Assembly (NCBI GenBank): GCA_016838885.1
Contig: JAEKNW010000151.1
Coordinates: 3,024-67,023, forward strand
Direction of reading: 5' to 3'
Length of the DNA: 64,000 bases
Origin: Candidatus Cloacimonadota bacterium
GTDB lineage: Bacteria > Cloacimonadota > Cloacimonadia > Cloacimonadales > JAFGVF01
Positions 29,381 to 36,514 of the stretch are shown in pieces (within the stretch, counting starts at the first letter, position 1; the number at the start of each line of letters is the position of its first letter). The translations under genes and the position numbers were made by a program. The notes under the pieces are model-generated. The model did not search any database and was not told the origin of the DNA. It saw only the letters and a program-made list of their open reading frames with translations.

Positions 29381-30916
29381 ATGAAAATTTCAATTATAAC
29401 ATTAATACTATTGGCGTTCTTAGATCTGTTGGCAGCTAAAGATATTAATGATGAGAAATGCCTTATCATTGATTTAGAGACCGCTGAAAAAACGAATAAT
29501 TTAAGAATGATTGAAAATATTTTCTCAGATAATGCTTCATTACTATACCCTGATAGTACTCCCAAATGTAGTAAAGAAGCTATCATTTCCTTCTATGAAT
29601 ACCTATGGAAAAATACTTCGATTAGGACTATTAGATATGAAAACATAAAAATTGAAAAGATTGGAACTCAACAAATTGAAACAGGAACTTTAATGTTCTT
29701 GAATAGTAATAGAGAAACAGTTGAATTACCGTTTAAAGCCGTTATTGTAAATAATAATAATAAGCTAAAAATCCATATTTTAGCACTAGGGAAAGATATG
29801 GATCTTAAACATACAACACTCAAATTGCCTACCCCTACTGGTGAATACAATGTTGCTCAGTCAAGTCATTATTACCCAAAATCTGAATCTACAAGTAATC
29901 GCACAGTTTCTTTTCAACTTTGGTATCCAACAAATCCAAACGAAACTAAAACCGCAGTTTATCATAGCAAGGAAGTTGCTAGAGCAGCTGCAGAATTTAT
30001 GGGATTACCCCTTTTCTTTAATAGCTATGAACCTTTAGTAAGAACTAATTCTTATGTAAATGCTCCAGCTGTCCCAGATACTTCGTTTCCGATTCTTTTA
30101 TATAATCATGGATACGGTGGATTCACTTCTGTCTATCAGTCTGTGTTTGAAGACCTTGCAAGTCATGGCTATGTTGTTGTCAGTATTGCTCATGAGAACG
30201 AGTCTTCACTGTTCATCACTGAAACTGGTGAAGTAGTTAGAAATAATCCCGAAAATGATTTCTATAGAAAAAGAGAACCTGAGTTGAGTGGTCCAGCAGT
30301 TAATAAGCTTCAAGATATTATCTTAAACTCAGATAATATCAAGAAAATTGAGAAAGCTTACCTTGATTTAATATCACTTAGTCCATTACATAATGAAAGC
30401 ACGCGTCTGTGGACCAAAGACAACAAAGTAGTTATTGAAAAATTAAAAGAAATAGCTAAAGATAGTCCTAATCTTAGAGGAGCTTTTGATTTCGAGAACA
30501 TGGGTATTTTTGGTCATTCAGTTGGTGGTGCAGTAGCTGGTCAAATGGCTTTTGATTGTCCTGAAATCGATGCTGGAATTAACCTTGATGGTTTTCAATT
30601 TGGAGATTTAGTCTATAATAAATTAGAAATACCCTTTATGTTTGTTTCGAGTAATCAACGAGAAAATTCTTATTTACGAGCCACCTCATTAATGCAAAAT
30701 TCTCAAAATGATTGCTATCAAGCTATTATCAAAGGATTTTCCCATAGCAGTTTCACGGATTTAAGATTGTTTGAACCCGGTGGTGAAGAAGCAATTTCTC
30801 TTCAGAGGGAGTTGATTTTGATTTTTTTCAATAAACATCTGAAGAATCTCAATATCGATATGAATGAAGTAGTGGATAAATATCCTATTATTGAAATTAT
30901 AAAAAATAATAATTAG
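29381..30916 (+). CDS. alpha/beta hydrolase, PAF-acetylhydrolase-like, with extra N-terminal domain
   Basis: Signal peptide. LLYNHGYGGFTSVYQ...LASHGYVVVSIAHE and nucleophile elbow GHSVGG as in plasma PAF-AH-type lipases. About 130 N-terminal residues lie outside the hydrolase core. Confidence 0.7.
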   Translation: MKISIITLILLAFLDLLAAKDINDEKCLIIDLETAEKTNNLRMIENIFSDNASLLYPDSTPKCSKEAIISFYEYLWKNTSIRTIRYENIKIEKIGTQQIETGTLMFLNSNRETVELPFKAVIVNNNNKLKIHILALGKDMDLKHTTLKLPTPTGEYNVAQSSHYYPKSESTSNRTVSFQLWYPTNPNETKTAVYHSKEVARAAAEFMGLPLFFNSYEPLVRTNSYVNAPAVPDTSFPILLYNHGYGGFTSVYQSVFEDLASHGYVVVSIAHENESSLFITETGEVVRNNPENDFYRKREPELSGPAVNKLQDIILNSDNIKKIEKAYLDLISLSPLHNESTRLWTKDNKVVIEKLKEIAKDSPNLRGAFDFENMGIFGHSVGGAVAGQMAFDCPEIDAGINLDGFQFGDLVYNKLEIPFMFVSSNQRENSYLRATSLMQNSQNDCYQAIIKGFSHSSFTDLRLFEPGGEEAISLQRELILIFFNKHLKNLNIDMNEVVDKYPIIEIIKNNN

Positions 30917-30922
30917 GAGATA

Positions 30923-31159
30923 ATGATGAGAATAAGTGTATGCGGAATTGCCTGTGAAAAGTGTCCAAGAATGCAAAAGGGAATCTGTCCAAATGGCGTA
31001 GAAGGTTGCACTCCTAAACTAACAGGACCTTGTAAAATCAAGCATTGTGCTGTTGAAAAGAAAGTTCGCTATTGTTTTGATTGTAAGGAATTTCCTTGCG
31101 AACTTTCGAAAATAGGTCCGATTAATTATGGCTACTGTAAATATATTGCAGGTATCTAA
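30923..31159 (+). CDS. small cysteine-rich protein (DUF3795-like)
   Basis: 78 aa with 11 Cys. CGIACEKCP ... CFDCKEFPC pattern. GGAG RBS. Confidence 0.65.
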   Translation: MMRISVCGIACEKCPRMQKGICPNGVEGCTPKLTGPCKIKHCAVEKKVRYCFDCKEFPCELSKIGPINYGYCKYIAGI

Positions 31160-31350
31160 CAATATCATGAAATTAATATTTATACTAATGTTGATAGGAT
31201 TAGTATTCCTCGCTTATGGAATGGAATCAATAATTGGGGGTTTATGATTCTGGTAGATCAGTTTCTTCAGGCATATATCTATTTTCTTTATAAACAATAG
31301 GAAAAATAAGAACTTTAAGAAAAATGATGTTACTAGAATAGAGGAGACAA

Positions 31351-31483
31351 TATTGATCATATCGTATATCTTGACGCTAAAGCAAAAGAACTTGAGAATC
31401 TCCAAAATGGAAGCAAGACAATGATTATTCGCGGAGCAATGGGAAGAAAATTACCATACAGACTGGTCAATAATTTCTTATGG
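31351..31483 (+). pseudogene. 5' fragment of a disrupted gene
   Basis: Downstream of a GAGGAGA RBS the frame reads (I)DHIVYLDAKAKELENLQNGSKTMIIRGAMGRKLPYRLVNNF. It has no ATG and then runs into the 23-nt repeat motif and repeat debris. Confidence 0.3.
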
Positions 31484-31506
31484 CTCAAGTTCAAGTCTGG
31501 TGGAAA
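31484..31506 (+). repeat. 23-nt motif CTCAAGTTCAAGTCTGGTGGAAA
   Basis: Exact copy. Inverted relative to 26407-26429. Confidence 0.85.
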
Positions 31507-31598
31507 ATATTTAGCATTATTTTGCACTAGATATTGTATTACACTAATTTACGGATTAGAATGTACTCTTGATAGTAGTTTTTAGTTGAATAAGACAT

Positions 31599-31790
31599 AA
31601 TCCTGAAGGGATAGGTCTTATATCCCTAAAGGGGATAAATAGTTTAGCCCAGGGTAAGATGCTGAAAGTATCGCAACCCTGGGTTATGATGCATATAAAA
31701 AGTGTAACCCTGTAAGGGTTTAATAAAAACATGTATATCAAAGACTTATTATATTACATTGTTGGCATTATATTAAACCCTTACAGGGTT
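31599..31790. repeat. REP-like hairpin cluster related to the RAYT-flanking modules
   Basis: Contains aaatagtttagcccagggtaagatgctgaaagtatcgcaaccctgggtta (compare 55091-55140) plus short GAA/GTA-loop hairpins (atccct..agggat, aaccctgtaagggtt, aacccttacagggtt). Confidence 0.8.
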
Positions 31791-31839
31791 CTGGTTGTAG
31801 TTTCTGTTATTGGCCTTCAAAAGAGCCACTATTTTAGTT

Positions 31840-32167
31840 GGCTCTCTCTCAAGTAGGGTGGGTCTTAGAAAAAAAAAATAGAAGTATCTTTGAAGTATGC
31901 CATGTTCACAACAGATACAGGATTATAAAAACACACCATTCTACCAGCTGCAGAGGCAGCGACATCTTTGTAGTTCAGAAAGCTAAAAACTATCCATAAG
32001 CTCCAGAGGAGCGGCACATCTAAGGCTTTTTGTGTCGCTCCTCTGGAGCTTAGGTTATTGTTTGGCATCTGTTATCTACAAAGATTTCGCTCCTCCGGAG
32101 CTATGAGGATTTTGAAGCTTCTTGATTCACAATTAGATTTAGTTCCCACCCTACTTGAGAGAGAGCC
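31840..32167. mobile_element. palindromic MITE-like element with perfect 23-nt terminal inverted repeats
   Basis: ggctctctctcaagtagggtggg (31840-31862) and cccaccctacttgagagagagcc (32145-32167). Nested internal inverted repeats include a perfect 17-bp pair, taagctccagaggagcg / cgctcctctggagctta. Confidence 0.75.
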
Positions 32168-32210
32168 TTTTAGTTTAAAAGCGTAAAGCATCTTTACGCC
32201 ATTTCTCTTT

Positions 32211-32244
32211 AAAACAGAAAAGAGGTGCTATATTCAGCACCTCT
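32211..32244 (-). terminator. rho-independent terminator after frr
   Basis: The minus strand reads agaggtgct-loop-agcacctct followed by TTTCTGTTTT. Confidence 0.75.
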
Positions 32245-32270
32245 TTCAATATATCTTAGAATGTTAAGAA

Positions 32271-32828
32271 TTAAACACTCAAAACATCTTTCTCTTTATT
32301 TACGATAGTTTGATCAATTTCTTTTATCCACTTATCGGTTTTTTCTTGAATATCTTTGATAAGTTTAGCTTCATCATCTTCAGATATTGCAGAATCTTTC
32401 TTCATTTTTTTTGCTTGATCATTAGCTTCTCTTCTGACGTTACGGACAGCTATCTTAGCATCCTCACCTAATTTTTTAACTTGTTTAACTATATCTTTTC
32501 TTTTATCTTCTGTTAATGCTTGAAAAGGTAATCTTATCACACTACCATCATTATCAGGTGTAACACCGATATTTGCTGCTAGGATTGCCTTTTCAACTTC
32601 AGCTAAGATAGTTTTATCCCAGGGTTGAATCACGATAGTACGTGCTTCAGGGACTGTGATATTGCCCAACTGTTTAATTGGTGTAGGAGTTCCGTAGTAG
32701 TTAATTTTAATATCATCTAGAACAGCAGGTGAAGCCTTACCTGTTCTAAGTTTACTAAAATTTCTACCAAGAGCATCAAGTGCTAATTCCATATTTTCAT
32801 CAACATTCTTTAATAATTCTTGCATCAT
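32271..32828 (-). CDS. frr: ribosome recycling factor
   Basis: 185 aa, typical RRF sequence (RTGKASPAVLDDIKINYYG...IRLPFQALTEDKRKD). Confidence 0.93.
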   Translation of the reverse strand: MMQELLKNVDENMELALDALGRNFSKLRTGKASPAVLDDIKINYYGTPTPIKQLGNITVPEARTIVIQPWDKTILAEVEKAILAANIGVTPDNDGSVIRLPFQALTEDKRKDIVKQVKKLGEDAKIAVRNVRREANDQAKKMKKDSAISEDDEAKLIKDIQEKTDKWIKEIDQTIVNKEKDVLSV

Positions 32829-32836
32829 TGACCTCT

Positions 32837-33580
32837 CTAATTTGAGTTACTTAAATCATTTCCAACAAAAGTTCCCACTTTTACATCAGCGATTGCTCTT
32901 GCAAGATTTCCGGGGATTGATAAATCAAAGACTTTGACTGGGATATTATTTTCCTTAGCCAAAGCAAATGCTGTCATATCCATAACATTGAGTTGCCTCT
33001 GAATTGCCTCTTCAAAGGTAATTTCAGGGATAAACTCAGCATCACTGTGTTTTGCCGGATCTTTAGTATATACTCCACCTACTTTGGTTCCTTTCAAAAC
33101 TAAATCAGCTTCTAACTCAGCAGCTCTTAGAACTACTGCAGTATCAGTGGTAAAGAAAGGGTTGCCTGTTCCTCCACAAAGAAAAACAATTTTGCCTTCT
33201 TTCATGGACTGAATAGCGCGAGTTGGAGTATAGAATTTTGCTATCTTTTCTGCTTTGACTGCACTTAGAACTTCTGTTGAGTAGTTCTTTATCTTCAAGA
33301 CTTCAGCTAGGTATAGAGCATTTTGAATAGTTGCCATCATTCCAATATTATCTAATGTCACTCTACTCATTTTGGCATTGGACCAAGTGCCACCGCGGAA
33401 GATATTTCCACCACCAAGCACAATACCAACACTATAACCTAATCGTTTAACTTCGATAATGTCATTAGTAATACGATCAATAAGCTCTTCATCAAAACCA
33501 AATCCCTTCTCTCCTGCGAGAAATTCGCCACTCAGTTTGATGATTACTCTATTGATTTTTTCGGGATGATACGGACTCAT
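32837..33580 (-). CDS. pyrH: UMP kinase
   Basis: RVIIKLSGE...GGGNIFRG motifs, and conserved tsf-pyrH-frr order. Confidence 0.92.
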   Translation of the reverse strand: MSPYHPEKINRVIIKLSGEFLAGEKGFGFDEELIDRITNDIIEVKRLGYSVGIVLGGGNIFRGGTWSNAKMSRVTLDNIGMMATIQNALYLAEVLKIKNYSTEVLSAVKAEKIAKFYTPTRAIQSMKEGKIVFLCGGTGNPFFTTDTAVVLRAAELEADLVLKGTKVGGVYTKDPAKHSDAEFIPEITFEEAIQRQLNVMDMTAFALAKENNIPVKVFDLSIPGNLARAIADVKVGTFVGNDLSNSN

Positions 33581-33597
33581 TTTGCTAAATCCTTTGC

Positions 33598-34188
33598 TTA
33601 GATACTAAATCTTGCAAATCTTGCAACTTGAATATTTTCTCCAAGTCTGAAGATAGCCTCTTTTATTACTGTATCGATATCTTTTGTTGAGTCTTTGATA
33701 AATTCTTGGTAGTATAGAGTATTAGTCTTACCGAATTTTTCTATCACACCAGCAACTATCTTTTCAATAATCTTTTCAGGTTTTCCTTCTTGGATAGCTT
33801 TATTTTTAGCAATTTCTTTTTCGCTTTCAATTAATTGTGGGTCAATATCTTCTGGTCTAAGAGCAATAGGATCTGTTGCAGCGATTTGCATAGCTAGATC
33901 TTTGCAAAGATCTTTGAAATCATCAGTGTTTGCAACGAAATCTGTTTCGCAGTTAACTTCTATAAGCACACCAATTTTTCCATTTCCATGGATATAAGAA
34001 TAGATTAATCCTTCTTTAGTTGCTCTATCATTTTTAGCTTCTGCTTTAGCCATACCTCTTTCACGAAGATACTTTACTGCTTGATCTACATCACCATCTG
34101 TCTCTTTTAGAGCCTTTTTGCAATCCATCATAGCTACGCCTGTTTTTTCGCGTAATTCTTTCACCATTGCTGCAGTAATTGTTGCCAT
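33598..34188 (-). CDS. tsf: translation elongation factor Ts (short form)
   Basis: ITAAMVKELREKTGVAMMDCKKAL N-terminus. 196 aa. Confidence 0.92.
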   Translation of the reverse strand: MATITAAMVKELREKTGVAMMDCKKALKETDGDVDQAVKYLRERGMAKAEAKNDRATKEGLIYSYIHGNGKIGVLIEVNCETDFVANTDDFKDLCKDLAMQIAATDPIALRPEDIDPQLIESEKEIAKNKAIQEGKPEKIIEKIVAGVIEKFGKTNTLYYQEFIKDSTKDIDTVIKEAIFRLGENIQVARFARFSI

Positions 34189-34244
34189 TATTAACTCCTT
34201 TATTAAAATCTAGATTTTCACCTATCTTTTTTATGATTTAATTT

Positions 34245-34274
34245 AAAAAAAAGTTCCCGAATAAATCGGGAACT
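34245..34274 (-). terminator. hairpin plus U-run between rpsB and tsf (terminator/attenuator)
   Basis: The minus strand reads agttcccga-tttat-tcgggaact followed by TTTTTTTT. Confidence 0.65.
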
Positions 34275-34286
34275 AACAATTTATTC

Positions 34287-35129
34287 TTATTCTTTATTTT
34301 CGGTTTCAGCTTGCTTTTCTGCTTCAGCTTCTTCCACAACTTCTGCTTCTACTTTTGTAGCTTCAGGAGCTGGGCTTTCTGTTGTAGCTTCTGACTCAAC
34401 TACTTCTTTTTCTTCTTTGAGTTGAGATTCAACATTTCCTTCTTGAAGGATATTTCTACCTTCGATAACAGCATTAGCCATAACATCAGCGATTAAGCTG
34501 ATAGCTCTGATAGCATCATCATTTGAAGGAATAACGAAATCAATCTTGTCAGGATCACAGTTTGTATCAACCATACCAATTAATGGTATATTTAGTTTCT
34601 TGGCTTCGTGGATAGCAATAGCTTCTTGTTTAGTATCAACTACAAATATTGCTCCAGGGATTTTTTGCATTTCCCTAATACCACCCAAACCTGATTCGAT
34701 TTTGTCGTGCATTCTTTTCATCTTTAAAGCTTCTAATTTCGTGTAATTAGCTATACTTCCATCTTCAGTAATTTGCTCATACTGCTTCATCTTCTCGATT
34801 GATTGGCGAATGGTTTTCATATTTGTGAGCATTCCACCATACCAGCGATTATTTACATAAAAAACACCGGCTTTTTCAGCAGCTTCTTTTACAGCATCAA
34901 CAGCTTGTTTTTTTGTTCCTACGAATAATATCTCTTCACCACGACTGGCTACATCTTTAAGAAATTGATATGCTTCGTTGATGGCATCAACAGTCTGTTT
35001 TAAATCTAATATATGGATACCATTTCTTTTGATAAAGATATATTTCTTCATCTTTGGGTTCCATTTATGAGTCTGGTGACCGAAGTGAACACCAGCTTCA
35101 AGTAGTTGTTTCATTGTTACAACTGACAT
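34287..35129 (-). CDS. rpsB: 30S ribosomal protein S2 (acidic C-terminal tail)
   Basis: MKQLLEAGVHFGHQTHKWNPKM signature. Confidence 0.95.
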   Translation of the reverse strand: MSVVTMKQLLEAGVHFGHQTHKWNPKMKKYIFIKRNGIHILDLKQTVDAINEAYQFLKDVASRGEEILFVGTKKQAVDAVKEAAEKAGVFYVNNRWYGGMLTNMKTIRQSIEKMKQYEQITEDGSIANYTKLEALKMKRMHDKIESGLGGIREMQKIPGAIFVVDTKQEAIAIHEAKKLNIPLIGMVDTNCDPDKIDFVIPSNDDAIRAISLIADVMANAVIEGRNILQEGNVESQLKEEKEVVESEATTESPAPEATKVEAEVVEEAEAEKQAETENKE

Positions 35130-35256
35130 TAAATTACTCCTCTTGTTACGGTTAATTTTCTGCTTAAAATTTACGCAATTCAGTCTAATATTATTCTAAT
35201 AAAAGACACCGCCTTGCAACTTTCAAGCAGCTTTTTTGCTAATCTGTAATAATAGA

Positions 35257-35643
35257 TTAACGTTTTGAGAACTGGAATTTCTTTCTTGCTTTTGGGCGAC
35301 CTGGTTTCTTTCTCTCGACCATTCTTGGGTCACGGGTAAGAAAACCATTCTTTTTAAGGTCAGCTTTTAAAGATTCGTCATAAGTTACTAAGGCTCGAGA
35401 AACACCATGTCTAATAGCACCAGCTTGACCTGATAATCCACCACCAATAACATTAACCTTAAGGTCAAGTTTATCTGATAAACCTGAAACATCGAAAGGT
35501 TGTTCTACAACCATTTCAAGAACTTCTCTTTGAAGGTAATCTTTCATAAGTATACCATTGATAATTCTTTTCCCGGTTCCAGGGGTGATTCTAACACGTG
35601 CTACTGCATTCTTTCTTCTGCCTGTTGCGTCGAAATACTGCAT
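35257..35643 (-). CDS. rpsI: 30S ribosomal protein S9
   Basis: [19 protein letters not shown] ... KKFQFSKR C-terminus. Confidence 0.95.
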   Translation of the reverse strand: MQYFDATGRRKNAVARVRITPGTGKRIINGILMKDYLQREVLEMVVEQPFDVSGLSDKLDLKVNVIGGGLSGQAGAIRHGVSRALVTYDESLKADLKKNGFLTRDPRMVERKKPGRPKARKKFQFSKR

Positions 35644-35657
35644 TAATTTCTCCTAAA

Positions 35658-36080
35658 CTATAAAGTCTTTGGTTGTTGAGCTGTATGAGGATGTTCAGTT
35701 CCAGCATACACCTTAAGTTTCTTAAACATTTGTCTGCCAAGGGAGTTTTTAGGTAACATACCTTTAACAGCACTTCTAATAATTTCTTCCGGTTTAGCAT
35801 CTAACATTTTTTTAAAGCTTACTTCTCTTAAACCACTTGGATAACCACTGTAGTTCTGATACACTTTTGAATCTGCTTTTGTACCGGTAACTCCGACTTT
35901 CTCTGCATTAATAACAACCACAAAATCACCACAATCTAAGTTTGTAGCAAAATAAGGCTTGTTTTTTCCGCGGAGAATGGAAGCTATTTTTGTCGCAATA
36001 CGACCTAAAGTTTGACCTTCAGCATCGACAACATACCAATCCCTTTGAATCTGATCAGGGGTGGGAGTTAAAGTCTTCAT
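35658..36080 (-). CDS. rplM: 50S ribosomal protein L13
   Basis: [28 protein letters not shown] signature, and rplM-rpsI order. Confidence 0.95.
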   Translation of the reverse strand: MKTLTPTPDQIQRDWYVVDAEGQTLGRIATKIASILRGKNKPYFATNLDCGDFVVVINAEKVGVTGTKADSKVYQNYSGYPSGLREVSFKKMLDAKPEEIIRSAVKGMLPKNSLGRQMFKKLKVYAGTEHPHTAQQPKTL

Positions 36081-36184
36081 CCTTTCTCCTTTTCTTTTAC
36101 TTATCTCTAAGTTAATTCACTTTTTTATAAGGAGTTAAATATAAAACTCCTTTAGCGTAACAAAATATTTATTATCCCCGATAT

Positions 36185-36221
36185 ATGTCAAGACATTTAT
36201 TAATTTAGGGAAATGTTTATC
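36185..36221. repeat. 37-nt direct repeat, left copy (carries TTGACA on the minus strand upstream of rplM)
   Basis: atgtcaagacatttattaatttagggaaatgtttatc. Identical except for 1 nt to 40205-40241. Confidence 0.9.
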
Positions 36222-36223
36222 AC

Positions 36224-36498
36224 TAATGGTGCAGTAGAGCTTTAGTAATACTTCGCTAATACATTCTACATAGCTTTCTACTTCTCTAAAGCTACGTAGA
36301 ATGTATTAGCGAAGTAGAAAGCTAAGTATCACAGGTGAAGAGTGTAGATTCTTTTAGCAAAAATAAATTACAGAATCTTCTTGAATATATATTATATACC
36401 AGTTAAGGATGCCCCCCATATCTCCCTCAAAGATGGAGATTTGGCACTTTTTCTGCTTTAGCGACTTCTTTCTAAATCTATAATACACCATTTCGTTG
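36224..36498. repeat. rearranged 275-nt copy of the AACCC...GGGTT element family (truncated left end, degenerate right end)
   Basis: Starts aatggtgcagtagagctttag (the family terminus lacking AACCCG). The interior is colinear with parts of the 47456 copy. It contains perfect 21-nt (36249-36269 / 36296-36316) and 14-nt (36271-36284 / 36311-36324) inverted repeats. Confidence 0.7.
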
Positions 36499-36514
36499 CA
36501 TAATATAAGGTAAC

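Noticed and set aside
31167-31247. 26-aa hydrophobic mini-ORF (MKLIFILMLIGLVFLAYGMESIIGGL) after the DUF3795 gene
   Set aside because: It is plausible as a small membrane peptide, but it has no clear RBS, and support cannot be assessed from sequence alone.
31484-31506. The 23-nt motif as a tRNA 3' fragment (GTTCAAGTC / GTTCGAGTC resembles a T-loop)
   Set aside because: The would-be T-stem pairs at only 3-4 of 5 positions, no acceptor/CCA context follows, and no D or anticodon arm lies upstream. At best it is a degenerate remnant, so it is not called as tRNA.
31214-32068. Small minus-strand ORFs 31214..31405, 31556..31741 and 31865..32068
   Set aside because: All lie within repeat debris, the REP cluster or the palindromic MITE. 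They lack RBSs and recognisable motifs.
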